From contig CP051526.1 of NCBI GenBank assembly GCA_050916045.1, positions 2,496,001 to 2,560,000 on the forward strand: a stretch of 64,000 nt of DNA, read 5' to 3'. Position 1 is the stretch's first letter. Each line of letters begins with the position of its first letter. Below, piece by piece: positions 9,192 to 18,899 of this stretch. Made by a program: the position numbers and the translations under genes. Source of the stretch: Tepidisphaera sp. (GTDB lineage: Bacteria > Planctomycetota > Phycisphaerae > Phycisphaerales > UBA1924). A model generated the notes under the pieces. That model worked only from the letters and a program-made list of their open reading frames with translations. It made no database searches and had not been told where the DNA came from.

Positions 9192-10190
9192 TCAGTACGC
9201 CAGGCACTGGCCGATGGCTTCCGCGATGCGACCGGCGTCGGGGATGTACTCGAGCTCGAGCTTGTAGTACGGCATGACGGTGTCAAAGCCGGTCACGCGC
9301 TGGACGGGTGCCTTGAGGTGCAGGAAGCAGTGTTCCTGGATGAGCGTGGCGATCTCGCTGGCCATGCTTGCGGTTTTCGGAGCTTCGCAGACGATGACGC
9401 ATCGGCCGGTCTTCTGCACGCTCTGAATAATGGTGTCGGTGTCGAGGGGGTAGATGGTGCGGAGGTCGATGAGTTCGACGGAGACATCTTCGGGGAGGCC
9501 GTCCATGGCTTTGAGGCAGTCAAAGACGGGGGCGCCCCAGGAGATGAGCGTGAGGTCGGTTCCTTCGCTGACGACCTTGGCTTCGCCGATGTTGATGGTG
9601 TAGTCCTCTTCGGGGATGTGCTCGCGGAAGGAGCGGTAGACGCGCTTAGGCTCGAAGAAGACGACAGGATCGGGGTCGCGGATGGCGGCGAGGAGGAGTC
9701 CCTTGGCGTCGTAGGGGGTGCAGGGCATGACGACCTTGAGACCCGGGGTGTGAGCGTAAATGGCTTCGGGGGAGTCGCTATGAAGCTCGGGAGCGTGGAT
9801 GCCGCCGCCGACTGGGACGCGGACGACCATCGGGATCGTGACGGCGCCGCGGGTGCGCGAGCGGTAGCGGGCGGCGTGGTTGGTGAGCTGGTCGTACGCC
9901 GGTCCGAGGAACCCGTCGAACTGGATCTCCGGGATCGGACGCATCCCGGCCATCGCCAGGCCGATCGCGGTGCCCATGATGCCGGACTCGGAGAGGGGCG
10001 TGTCGATGGAGCGCTGGTCGCCGAACCGCTTCTGAAGCCCGTCGGTCACGCGGAAGACGCCGCCGTTGAGGCCCACGTCCTCGCCAAGGCAGACGACGCG
10101 TTCATCGCGCTCCATCTCCTGATAGAGCGCCTCGTTGATGGCGTCGACGAGGGTCAGGCCCTTTTCATTCATCATGTCGGTACGGGGCAT
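9192..10190 (-). CDS. pdhB: 2-oxoacid (pyruvate/branched-chain) dehydrogenase E1 beta subunit
   Basis: LGEDVGLNGGVFRVT, DTPLSESGI, EIQFDGF, LHSDSPEA, IDLRTIYPLD; substrate specificity not determinable. Confidence 0.9.
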   Translation of the reverse strand: MPRTDMMNEKGLTLVDAINEALYQEMERDERVVCLGEDVGLNGGVFRVTDGLQKRFGDQRSIDTPLSESGIMGTAIGLAMAGMRPIPEIQFDGFLGPAYDQLTNHAARYRSRTRGAVTIPMVVRVPVGGGIHAPELHSDSPEAIYAHTPGLKVVMPCTPYDAKGLLLAAIRDPDPVVFFEPKRVYRSFREHIPEEDYTINIGEAKVVSEGTDLTLISWGAPVFDCLKAMDGLPEDVSVELIDLRTIYPLDTDTIIQSVQKTGRCVIVCEAPKTASMASEIATLIQEHCFLHLKAPVQRVTGFDTVMPYYKLELEYIPDAGRIAEAIGQCLAY

Positions 10191-10272
10191 CGGGGGCTCC
10201 GGAAGCGGTGGTGGTCGGACGGATCGACCGGCAGTTTATGTCCGTCGGAATGGGGCGGCTACCATGCGGCCC

Positions 10273-10785
10273 ATGGGTTCCAAGACGAAAAAAGCCCCGA
10301 AGATCGCGGTGGTCGTCAGCCGGTACAACGAGGGGGTCACCGACGCGCTTCTGAACGGGGCGGTCGAGGCCTATACAGCGTTCGGCGGCAGAGCGTCGAA
10401 TCTCCACGTTTTCGAGGCTCCGGGCGCGTTTGAGCTTTCCGTGCTTTGTTCGGAAGCGGCTCTGACGGGGCGGTACGCCGGGGTGGTGGCTTTGGGGTGC
10501 GTGATCAAGGGAGACACGCGGCACGACGAGTACATCAATCACGCGGTGGCGCAGGGCATCACGCAGGCTTCCATCGAGACGGGCGTGCCGATCGCGTTCG
10601 GCCTTGTGACGACGGAGAACGCGGCGCAGGCGACGGCGCGGGCGGGGGGCAAGAGCGGGAACAAGGGTGAAGAGGCGATGCTGGCGTTGATCGATACGCT
10701 CGCGGCAATGCGGGCGATCCGGGACGGCAAGCCGGAGAAGATCGCCCGGGCGGTGAAGGACAAAACCTCAAAGGTGAAACGTTGA
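10273..10785 (+). CDS. ribH: 6,7-dimethyl-8-ribityllumazine synthase
   Basis: VVSRYN, PGAFEL, ALGCVIKGDTRHDEY, VPIAFG, NKGEEA. Confidence 0.96.
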   Translation: MGSKTKKAPKIAVVVSRYNEGVTDALLNGAVEAYTAFGGRASNLHVFEAPGAFELSVLCSEAALTGRYAGVVALGCVIKGDTRHDEYINHAVAQGITQASIETGVPIAFGLVTTENAAQATARAGGKSGNKGEEAMLALIDTLAAMRAIRDGKPEKIARAVKDKTSKVKR

Positions 10786-11225
10786 CGACCACGAGCTTTC
10801 AGATTCGTTCGCTGGCATTCCAGTTGATCTTCCAGCTTGACGCTTCGCCGGAAGGGAACGTCGCGGAGCTGGCGGCGGCGATGGAGCACGGGCTTGACGA
10901 ACCGAAAGACGTTCGGAAAGCGACGGAGCTTGCGCAAGCGGCGTTCGACGCGCGGGCGGCTTCGGACGCGGCGACGCTTGAGCTTGCGCCGGGCTGGCCG
11001 GCCCACCGTCAGCCCGCGATTGACCGTGCGATCCTTCGGCTTGGGCACTATGAGCTGATCAAGGGGACGGCTCCCGGGCCGGCGGTGATCGATGACGCGG
11101 TGAAGCTGGCGAAGGAGTTCGGGACGGAGAAGTCGCCCCCCTTCGTGAATGCGCTGCTCGACAAGATCTATAAAGCCAAACAGGCCGGTGGACAGGCGGG
11201 CGGGGCGGTCGGCGGCGCGGTGTAA
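10782..11225 (+). CDS. nusB: Transcription antitermination factor NusB
   Basis: IDRAILRLG, VIDDAVKLAKEFG, FVNALLD; follows ribH. Confidence 0.92.
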   Translation: MTTTSFQIRSLAFQLIFQLDASPEGNVAELAAAMEHGLDEPKDVRKATELAQAAFDARAASDAATLELAPGWPAHRQPAIDRAILRLGHYELIKGTAPGPAVIDDAVKLAKEFGTEKSPPFVNALLDKIYKAKQAGGQAGGAVGGAV

Positions 11226-11228
11226 TCG

Positions 11229-12227
11229 ATGGGGTTCTTCAAATCCATCCTCGGCAAGGTCAAAGCGGGTCTGGAAAAGACCCGCGAGGTTCTCGTCGTC
11301 GGGCTCAAATCGATCCTGCTCGGCCGGCGACTTGATGAGGAACTGATCAACGAGATCGAGCAACGTCTGCTGCTGGCGGATGTCGGGACGGCGGCGACGG
11401 CGCGGCTGATCGACCGCATCCGCGCGGATTTCAGGTCCGGCAAGATGAGCAAGGGCGATGAAGCCCTCGACTACATGAAAGCCGAGTTGAAAGCGATGTG
11501 GCCGCCGGCGGACCGCGAGCTTCATTTCGCAGAGACCGGCCCGACGGTCATCCTCGTCACGGGCGTCAACGGCGTGGGCAAGACCACGAGCATCGCGAAG
11601 ATGTGCTCGCTGCTTCGGGGCCGAGGGAAGTCCGTCATGCTCGCGGCGTGCGACACGTTCCGAGCCGGGGCGGTGCGACAGCTTGAAATCTGGGGGGAGC
11701 GTCTGGGTGTCTCGGTCGTCAAGGGACAGGCCGGCGGCGATCCTGCCGCGGTCGCGTTCGATGCGTGCGCGGCGGCGAAAGCCCGCAACATCGACGTGCT
11801 CATCATCGACACCGCGGGGCGGCTTCAGACGCAGGATCCGCTGATGCGGCAGCTCGCGAAGATCCGGAGCGTGATCGGCAAGCAGATCGCCGGCGCGCCG
11901 CACGAGACCCTGCTGGTGCTCGACGCGACGCAGGGGCAGAACGCTTTGGTCCAGGCGAAGGAGTTCGGGAAGACGCTCGGAGAGAGCGACCAGCGAACCG
12001 CGACCGGCGAGCAGGGCAAAGGCAAGACCGAAACCCCCGTGGCGAACGTGTCGGGCCTGACCGGGATCTTCCTCACCAAGCTCGACGGCACCGCCAAGGG
12101 CGGCATCGTGGTCGCGATCAAGGACGCGACGAGCGTGCCGGTGAAGTTCATCGGCGTCGGCGAGACGCCGGAAGATGTCCAGCCGTTTGACCCCGAGGGG
12201 TTCGTCGAAGCTCTCTTCCAGGAGTAG
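11229..12227 (+). CDS. ftsY: SRP receptor FtsY
   Basis: GVNGVGKTTSIAK, DTFRAGA, DTAGR, TKLDGTAKGG. Confidence 0.96.
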   Translation: MGFFKSILGKVKAGLEKTREVLVVGLKSILLGRRLDEELINEIEQRLLLADVGTAATARLIDRIRADFRSGKMSKGDEALDYMKAELKAMWPPADRELHFAETGPTVILVTGVNGVGKTTSIAKMCSLLRGRGKSVMLAACDTFRAGAVRQLEIWGERLGVSVVKGQAGGDPAAVAFDACAAAKARNIDVLIIDTAGRLQTQDPLMRQLAKIRSVIGKQIAGAPHETLLVLDATQGQNALVQAKEFGKTLGESDQRTATGEQGKGKTETPVANVSGLTGIFLTKLDGTAKGGIVVAIKDATSVPVKFIGVGETPEDVQPFDPEGFVEALFQE

Positions 12228-12255
12228 GCCGGCGGCCTTCGGTATACTCCGGCCG

Positions 12256-13020
12256 ATGATCGAGCAACCACAGGGCGAAGCGTTCGCGACGTTTGAGTTC
12301 TCGCTCACGCGTCAGGACTACGTGAAGCTCCACCACGAGGTGGTCGCAACGAGCCCGGAGTGGCGGTCGTACATCAAATCCACGCGCCGTCGGGCGCTTG
12401 GGTCCACCCTCGGCGGCGCGATCGGTATCGCTTTGGGATTCGTGCCACTGATCGCCTTTGCCATGGAGGAGCGGGTCAGCGAGTTCTTGATCGGGATGGG
12501 GCTCTGCCTTTCGGCGGCGTCCTCCGCTGCGCTGTACAACGCCTCGACGTTGCGCAAGCAACTGCGAGAGCAGGTCGAAGGCACGGCGCTTGCGGCGAAG
12601 TCCTCGACGGATGCCTACGACTGGGGCGTCTGGCGGATGGCGTTCTTCGCCGAGGGCGTGCGATTCACAACGGCCTATCGCGACGGCCTTTCATCGTGGG
12701 CGGTGATCCTCCAGGTCAAGGAGTTTCCGTCGTTCATCGTCGTCGAAGAGATCAGCCACGGCGCGTACACGATCCCGCGAAGCCAGTTCGCGAACGAGCA
12801 CGCCGAGCGGGCGTTCATCGAGCGGTGCCGGGCCGTGCTCGCCGAGCGCGGCGCGGGTGTTGCGAACCGCATCGCGAAGTTCCTTGCCGACCACGATGTC
12901 GCGTGCCCCTCGTGCGGGTACGCTCTCCGCGGATGCGGCGGCGTGGCCTGTCCGGAGTGCGGCCTGCCGCTGACGCTCGCCAACGTTCCGCAAGCGATCG
13001 AAAGGCCCCCCACCCCATGA
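12256..13020 (+). CDS. YcxB-like membrane protein with C-terminal Zn ribbon
   Basis: Two TM segments, a PH-like region and CPSCGYALRG...CPECG. Confidence 0.6.
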   Translation: MIEQPQGEAFATFEFSLTRQDYVKLHHEVVATSPEWRSYIKSTRRRALGSTLGGAIGIALGFVPLIAFAMEERVSEFLIGMGLCLSAASSAALYNASTLRKQLREQVEGTALAAKSSTDAYDWGVWRMAFFAEGVRFTTAYRDGLSSWAVILQVKEFPSFIVVEEISHGAYTIPRSQFANEHAERAFIERCRAVLAERGAGVANRIAKFLADHDVACPSCGYALRGCGGVACPECGLPLTLANVPQAIERPPTP

Positions 13021-13937
13021 GCAAGCGTGATGAACCGCACATCTCGGTCATGCCGCGCGAGGTCATGCGGGTGCTCTCGCCCAAGCCGGGACAGACGATC
13101 GTCGACTGCACGCTGGGCTTGGGGGGGCATTCGGGGCTGCTTCTGCCGCGGGTGCATCCGGGCGGGCGGGTGATCGGCATCGACCTGGACCCTGCGAATC
13201 TGGCGGCGGCTCGCGAGTATCTGACGTGGGTCGGCGGCCGGTTTGACCTCTTCCACAACAACTTCGCGGGGTTGCCCGCGGTGCTCGGTCAAGCGGGGAT
13301 CGAGGATGGGCGCGTCGACGGCATTCTGGCGGACGTGGGCGTGGCGAGCACGCAGATCGACGATCCGGCCCGCGGCTTTTCGTACCGAAGGCCGGGGCCG
13401 CTTGACATGCGGATGGACCCGACGCGGGGGCAGCCGGCGTCGGCTCTTCTGCAGCGGATGACGCGCGAAGAGATCGAGAAGGCGCTGCTCGAACTGGGCG
13501 ATGAGACCGACGCGCCGTACATCGCCAAGCTGCTCGTCGAACGGCGGGCGGTCAAGCCGATCACGACGACCGACGAGCTGACGGCGATCGTCTGCGAAGC
13601 CCGTGATTTCACGCTGGAGCGGGCTCTTGGTGCCAAACTCCACCCCGCCGCGCGGACCTTTCAGACGCTGCGGCTTCTGGTCAACCGTGAGCTTGCGAAT
13701 CTGGAACGCCTGCTCGCGGTGATCCCGCAGTCGCTCAAGCCCGGCGGCGTTGCGGCGATCATCAGCTTTCATAGCGGCGAGGACCGTCTGGTCAAGCGGA
13801 GTTTCCGCGACGGCCGGGCGGCGGGGGTGTACTCCGCCATCAGCGAGGAGCCGCTCACCGCGGCCGAGGATGAGGTCAAGGACAACCCGCGGTCGAGGTC
13901 GGCGAAGCTGCGGTGGGCGCGGCTTGCGAATCCGTGA
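13017..13937 (+). CDS. rsmH: 16S rRNA m4C1402 methyltransferase
   Basis: HISVM, DCTLGLGGHS, RGFSY, PLDMRMD, IISFHSGEDRLVK, NPRSRSAKLR. Confidence 0.95.
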   Translation: MSKRDEPHISVMPREVMRVLSPKPGQTIVDCTLGLGGHSGLLLPRVHPGGRVIGIDLDPANLAAAREYLTWVGGRFDLFHNNFAGLPAVLGQAGIEDGRVDGILADVGVASTQIDDPARGFSYRRPGPLDMRMDPTRGQPASALLQRMTREEIEKALLELGDETDAPYIAKLLVERRAVKPITTTDELTAIVCEARDFTLERALGAKLHPAARTFQTLRLLVNRELANLERLLAVIPQSLKPGGVAAIISFHSGEDRLVKRSFRDGRAAGVYSAISEEPLTAAEDEVKDNPRSRSAKLRWARLANP

Positions 13938-14149
13938 CCGGCCCCACCCCCCCCCAATAAAAACGACATCACGCGAGCTATCATCCTGTGCGTGATCCAT
14001 CGACTTTCTCCGTGCAGGTAGTTTCCCGGCTCTGAGCGTGTGCTTTCGAGCACCGCCGACCGGGCCCCACCCACAACATCGCGGGTTTGCAGACGAGCCG
14101 CCGTCCATGTGACGGTCCGGTGGCGTCGTTCCGCGATCACGGAGATCGC

Positions 14150-14644
14150 ATGTTCATTCGATTTGAGGTGGCCGGCCAGGGCATCTGGACGGCTCCATGG
14201 GACGTCGCTGCGCCGGCGGATCGGGCGTGGCGCTGGTCGCACAAGCTGGGGAAGGGCGCAAGACGCATCCGCCGCATGAAGCCCGAGACGCAGCACGAGT
14301 ACCACTTCCTGCTCGCCGCGCTCACACGCGACCTGGATTCGCCCCCCGCGCACGTGTACGCCGCCAAGCCGGGCTTCCGCTGCATCACGTTCTTCCGCAT
14401 GGCCGGCCCGACGCACGACCAGAACTGCGCCGGCTGGCAAGCCATCACGCTGCTCCGCGAGCACGGCTGGCCCGCGTACGAGGTCTTCAGGCACAAACCC
14501 CCGGGCCGCGTGACGTTTCAGGACGAACGCCAGATCGTCGTCGCGATTCGAGCCCCCAAACCAAGGCACGAGCGGGGCGGATGGAACGGCGATCGAGCGA
14601 CGATCAGGAGGTGGAAGGAAAGCGAACCAAGCGGAACGGATTGA
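14150..14644 (+). CDS. Hypothetical protein
   Basis: GGAG RBS before the ATG; typical codon usage; no recognisable family. Confidence 0.55.
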   Translation: MFIRFEVAGQGIWTAPWDVAAPADRAWRWSHKLGKGARRIRRMKPETQHEYHFLLAALTRDLDSPPAHVYAAKPGFRCITFFRMAGPTHDQNCAGWQAITLLREHGWPAYEVFRHKPPGRVTFQDERQIVVAIRAPKPRHERGGWNGDRATIRRWKESEPSGTD

Positions 14645-14833
14645 GACCCCGCAGGGGTCGGATCCAGTAGCCGGGGGCAACGCCCCCGGTTTCACGCCGC
14701 GCACCGCGACGACCCCGCAGGGGTCGGATCACGCGCGCTGCGCGGACCGATCGGACCCTTGCAGGGTCCGCAACCTCGATCATCCACACCGGGGGCGTTG
14801 CCCCCGGCTACTCCATACCAGCCCTGCGGGCTG
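14645..14833. repeat. REP/REPIN-like element: inverted pair of GTAG-type palindromes plus GACCCCGCAGGGGTC hairpins
   Basis: AGTAGCCGGGGGCAACGCCCCCGGT (14666-14690) is the exact reverse complement of 14788-14812; GACCCCGCAGGGGTCGGATC occurs twice. Confidence 0.8.
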
Positions 14834-14841
14834 AAGATGTG

Positions 14842-14908
14842 CCATCGAAGTCGCTTCGACTTCGATGGATGGACGCGAACCATCGAAGTCGCAAAGCCGA
14901 CTTCGATG
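14842..14908. repeat. Second pair of palindromic repeats (CATCGAAGTCG...CGACTTCGATG twice)
   Basis: Two hairpins with identical 11-bp stems and different loops at 14842-14868 and 14881-14908. Confidence 0.75.
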
Positions 14909-14947
14909 CCACGGGACATCGATGCTACCCGGCGACTTGGTGCGGCG

Positions 14948-16270
14948 TCAACTGGCGGTGCCCGGCTCTGTCGGTGCCACCTGCTTAGCCCTCGCATCGT
15001 CCCCGCAACTGGATCTGCGATCGACTTCAGCCTGAAGTTGCGTAATGACGGTGTCGTGTTCCCTGAAATCGAAGCGAATGTTCACACCAATCCATGCTTG
15101 CGACCGTGACAAACGGACGTCTTCTGACCACAACTCCGTCACACCGTTGCACATCATCCAGCCAAACCACTTCGCGAAGTCTAGGAGTCGCTTAGCACTG
15201 TCCACAGAACCATCGTCGCACGGATCCTCTACACTGTGCGGATACACCTCCAAGGCCTCCTTCGCAAAGTTCAGGCCGATCTGAATGCGAAAAGCGGTAT
15301 CTCGGCGTAGTGTCGCGATCAGCAGACCTCCCCCGACTGAGTGGTACTCAGTCGCCATAGATTCAAACAGGCCAAGTCTCGGTCTATCGCGAAGGCGAAG
15401 CGAAACAATTCGAGGAAGGTCACTGAAGTGCTCCTTGCTAATGCAATTTCCCGCCTTCAAGGAGGTGAGTGTGCTAGGGTCGAGGCGAGATCTGAACCCC
15501 TCCAACTCATAGAGATGAAGCTTGTGAAATTCTCTTTCCGTCAGAACTCCGTGTTCGGCAACAATATAGTGCCTAGCTAGTGCACGGACTAGCGGCATAT
15601 CCAGGGCCATTCGGAGTTCGTCCGCTGGATCATCCGGGTTGACAACTACACGGTTTTCGGCACTGACAGACGCGTGAGCAACAGCACATCGAGCTTCCGT
15701 ATAAAGATACTCTCCGACATCTGAATGCACCGCTGCAAGCTCCCTAAGCCGCTCAGTGGCCTCGCGATCAGCAAGCTTGGAGAGGTTCGCATTGATCCAG
15801 GCTTTCTGCTGTCTTCCGGTAGAACCGACCATGTTCAAAATGCGAAAGTAGCTAAGCACCTTGAATGGCACGTATTCTACTGAGGTAGCTTCTCGATAGA
15901 GGGCTAGGGCTAGCCTCGCGTCGTCCGAAACCGGATCAGCGAGATAGTCGAACCATCCAAGACCCGTGTAACGGGTGTTCGATTTGCCAATGTTGAGCGG
16001 CAGAGGACGTGACCAAGTTGACCACAGCACGAAGGCGGCTTGACCCGTCGCCCAGCACAAGGCTGACAAGAACGCCCTCACGGTTCCGTGTGCAGTGATT
16101 CTGTCTAGCGACGCACTTAGCTCAACTTGCACCAACGGGTAAACTGTGTCCGTCTCAGGTTTCAGCACCAACGTCACTCCACGGAACTGAATCTCGCGCT
16201 GCACGTCCGGCCACGGTGCAGTCGTTTTGATTGCACAGGAGATCCATCCGCTCGTTTCGGAGTTTGGCAT
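14948..16270 (-). CDS. MauJ-family / HEPN-like protein
   Basis: LALALYREA...LSYFRILN...EYLYTEARCAVAHA contains RxxxxH; visibly lower GC than neighbours. Confidence 0.7.
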   Translation of the reverse strand: MPNSETSGWISCAIKTTAPWPDVQREIQFRGVTLVLKPETDTVYPLVQVELSASLDRITAHGTVRAFLSALCWATGQAAFVLWSTWSRPLPLNIGKSNTRYTGLGWFDYLADPVSDDARLALALYREATSVEYVPFKVLSYFRILNMVGSTGRQQKAWINANLSKLADREATERLRELAAVHSDVGEYLYTEARCAVAHASVSAENRVVVNPDDPADELRMALDMPLVRALARHYIVAEHGVLTEREFHKLHLYELEGFRSRLDPSTLTSLKAGNCISKEHFSDLPRIVSLRLRDRPRLGLFESMATEYHSVGGGLLIATLRRDTAFRIQIGLNFAKEALEVYPHSVEDPCDDGSVDSAKRLLDFAKWFGWMMCNGVTELWSEDVRLSRSQAWIGVNIRFDFREHDTVITQLQAEVDRRSSCGDDARAKQVAPTEPGTAS

Positions 16271-16292
16271 AGCGATCACCAGATTCGACGGC

Positions 16293-18443
16293 TTACGGCT
16301 TCACCCCAAGCTCCGCGCTCCGATTCGCGATCTCGGCCTTCACACCGGACACAAACGCCTCCATCGGCATCGCGCCAAGGTCCTTCTCGATCCCGCGGGC
16401 GCGGACGCTCACCGTGCCGGATTCCGCATCGCGCGGGCCCACGATCAGCATGTACGGCACCTTCTCATCCGCCGCGACCTTCACCTTCGCCTGGATGCGG
16501 TCGTTGCCGGTGTCCACGCTCACGCGGACATCCGCCGCCCGCAGGGCCGCCGCCACTTTCTCCGCGTACTCCGCGCTCTTCTCGCTGATGGGAAGCACGC
16601 GGACCTGCTCGGGGCTGAGCCACGTCGGGAACGCGCCCGCGAAGTGCTCGATGAGCACGCCGCAGAACCGCTCCATGCTGCCGAAGGGGGCGCGGTGGAT
16701 GACGACCGGGCGGTGCGGGGTGTTGTCCGGCCCGATGTACGAGAGGTCAAAGCGGTTGCCCATCTGATAATCGACCTGCACCGTGCCGAGCTGCCACTCG
16801 CGGCCGATGACGTCCTTGACGACAAAGTCGATCTTGGGGCCGTAGAACGCGGCTTCGCCCGGCTCTTCGCTGAACGCGACGCCGAGCGAGCGGGCCGCAT
16901 CGCGGCAGGCGGCTTCGGCTTTGTCCCAGCTCTCGGTGCTGCCGGTGTACTTGTTGCTGTCGGGGTCGCGGAGGCCGACGCGGACGCGGTAATCCTTCAT
17001 GCCCAGGATGTTGAAGATCGTCTTGACCAGCGAGAGGCACCCCTGGATCTCCGCCGGGATCTGCTCCTCGGTGCAGAAGAGGTGGGCGTCGTCCTGCGTG
17101 AAGCCGCGGACGCGGGTCATGCCGTTGAGCTCGCCCGACTGCTCCCAGCGGTAGACCGTGCCGAACTCGGCGAGGCGGACGGGCATGTCGCGGTAGCTGT
17201 GCGGAGCAGAGCCGAAGATCTTCGCGTGGTGCGGACAGTTCATCGGCTTGAGCATGAAGCCCTCGATGAGCTGGTCGTCGGGGAGAATGCGGTCCTTGGT
17301 GATCGTCTCGCGGCCGGTCCGCTCGTTGAGGCCCGAAGCCAGGCGTGCGGAGACACCCTCGACGCGGCGCATCATGTCCGCGCACGAGCAGCCGGAGGTG
17401 CAGAGGGCTTCGAGGGCGTTGCGCTCGACGATCGGGGCGAACTGCGAGTCCTTGTAGTACGGGAAGTGGCCCGAGGTCTTGTAAAGCTCGAGCGAACCGA
17501 TGTGGGGCGTGAAGACCTCGGTGTACCCCTGCTTCTTGAGCTCAGCGCCGATGAAGGTCTGAAGCTCCTTGCGGATGATCGAGCCCTTGGGGGTCCAGAG
17601 GATGAGGCCTTGGCCGACGGTCTCATCGATGTGGAACAAGCGGAGGGCTTTGCCGATGACGCGGTGGTCGCGTTTGGCGGCTTCCTCTTTTTGCTTGAGG
17701 TACTGATCGAGCTCGGCTTGCGTGGCAAAGGCGGTGCCGTAGACGCGGATGAGGCGGTCGGAGTTCTCATCGCCGTGCCAGTAGGCGGAGGCGAGGGAGG
17801 TCACGATCGCGGCACCGATGCGGCTTGTGGAGGGGACGTGGGGGCCGCGGCAGAGGTCTTCCCAGTTCTTGCCGGGTTCGCCGGTGGCGTAGAAGGAAAG
17901 CACGGGTGTCGAACCGGAGGCCGCCATGGCCCGCTCGGCGTTGTCGACCTTGTACTTGTTGCCCTCGGACTTGAGGCGTGAGAGCGCGGCGGTCCCCGGC
18001 TGCTCGTACCGGCAGAACTTCCGATCCTCCTTGATGATCTCCGCCATGCGGGCGTTGATCTTGTCGAACATGTCGGAGGAGAGCTTCTTCCCCTCGGGGA
18101 CGAACATGTCGTAGAAGAACCCGGTCTCGGTCGGGGGGCCGTAGGCGAGGAGGATGTCCTTGCCGGCGACGTCCTGGATCGCTTCGGCCATGACGTGGGC
18201 CGCGGAGTGGCGCATGAGCGTCAGGGCTTCGGGGCTGGTGGGCTGGCCGGGTTTGGCGGCGGTGATGATCGAGAGGTTCGCGTCCTTCTCGATCACGTAC
18301 GAGAGGTCCTTCGTCTCGCCGTCGACCTTGATGGCGAGAGCGGCTTTGGCGAGGCCGGCGCCGATGGAAGCGGCAACCTCAAGGCCGGAGACGGGCTTGT
18401 CGAAGGATTTGGTCTTGCCGTCGGGAAGGGTGATGGTGGGCAT
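16293..18443 (-). CDS. thrS: Threonine--tRNA ligase
   Basis: TGS domain, RHSAAHVMA, DLCRGPH, KPMNCPHH, RVRGFTQDDAH, HRAPFGSMERF. Confidence 0.98.
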   Translation of the reverse strand: MPTITLPDGKTKSFDKPVSGLEVAASIGAGLAKAALAIKVDGETKDLSYVIEKDANLSIITAAKPGQPTSPEALTLMRHSAAHVMAEAIQDVAGKDILLAYGPPTETGFFYDMFVPEGKKLSSDMFDKINARMAEIIKEDRKFCRYEQPGTAALSRLKSEGNKYKVDNAERAMAASGSTPVLSFYATGEPGKNWEDLCRGPHVPSTSRIGAAIVTSLASAYWHGDENSDRLIRVYGTAFATQAELDQYLKQKEEAAKRDHRVIGKALRLFHIDETVGQGLILWTPKGSIIRKELQTFIGAELKKQGYTEVFTPHIGSLELYKTSGHFPYYKDSQFAPIVERNALEALCTSGCSCADMMRRVEGVSARLASGLNERTGRETITKDRILPDDQLIEGFMLKPMNCPHHAKIFGSAPHSYRDMPVRLAEFGTVYRWEQSGELNGMTRVRGFTQDDAHLFCTEEQIPAEIQGCLSLVKTIFNILGMKDYRVRVGLRDPDSNKYTGSTESWDKAEAACRDAARSLGVAFSEEPGEAAFYGPKIDFVVKDVIGREWQLGTVQVDYQMGNRFDLSYIGPDNTPHRPVVIHRAPFGSMERFCGVLIEHFAGAFPTWLSPEQVRVLPISEKSAEYAEKVAAALRAADVRVSVDTGNDRIQAKVKVAADEKVPYMLIVGPRDAESGTVSVRARGIEKDLGAMPMEAFVSGVKAEIANRSAELGVKP

Positions 18444-18519
18444 GGGGAAAGTTCCAAAGGGTCAAAGGGCCAGGGGGCCAGATTCAAAGGGCCGAGGGGT
18501 CAGAGATGGGGGAGTGGAA

Positions 18520-18777
18520 TCAGGGTTGGATTGGGGCGGGGGGAGCGAAGCACTCGAGGCGGAAGCACTTGGGGCAGCGGTAAGAGAGGGTTTGGAGCGC
18601 ATCACCGGCTTGACGCATGCTGACCTCGGGGCTGAGCCAGCTGCCGGTGGGCTTGCCGGCGGACCAACGCTGGACGCGAGCACCGCTGTTGAGGTCGACC
18701 ATGAAGCCGAGTTCGAGGCCGAGACCGCAGTCGCGGCAGAGGGGCACGGGTTGGAGTGGCGAGGGATAGTTTGGCAT
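18520..18777 (-). CDS. Small Zn-ribbon protein (DUF6487-like)
   Basis: CRDCG...ELGF...W..GKP...YRCPKCFRLECFA. Confidence 0.6.
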   Translation of the reverse strand: MPNYPSPLQPVPLCRDCGLGLELGFMVDLNSGARVQRWSAGKPTGSWLSPEVSMRQAGDALQTLSYRCPKCFRLECFAPPAPIQP

Positions 18778-18822
18778 GGCGATGGGGAACTCCAACGGAA
18801 GGATGGGCGAACCGGGTGGGCC

Positions 18823-18857
18823 AACGAAGAAGCCCAGCCGTTTGAACGGCTGGGCTT
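18823..18857 (-). terminator. Attenuator terminator hairpin upstream of thrS
   Basis: Minus strand AAGCCCAGCCGTT-CA-AACGGCTGGGCTT followed by CTTCGTT (imperfect U-tract). Confidence 0.7.
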
Positions 18858-18899
18858 GGGAATGGTCGGTCAACGCGGGGCCAGCCTTGGCCCGCGAGG

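Noticed and set aside
13017..13937. rsmH outside an mraZ/dcw cluster
   Set aside because: Dispersed dcw genes are expected in Planctomycetota; nothing else unusual is visible
18455..18500. Short direct repeats (TCAAAGGGCC twice) just upstream of thrS
   Set aside because: Too short and too few to support a functional call
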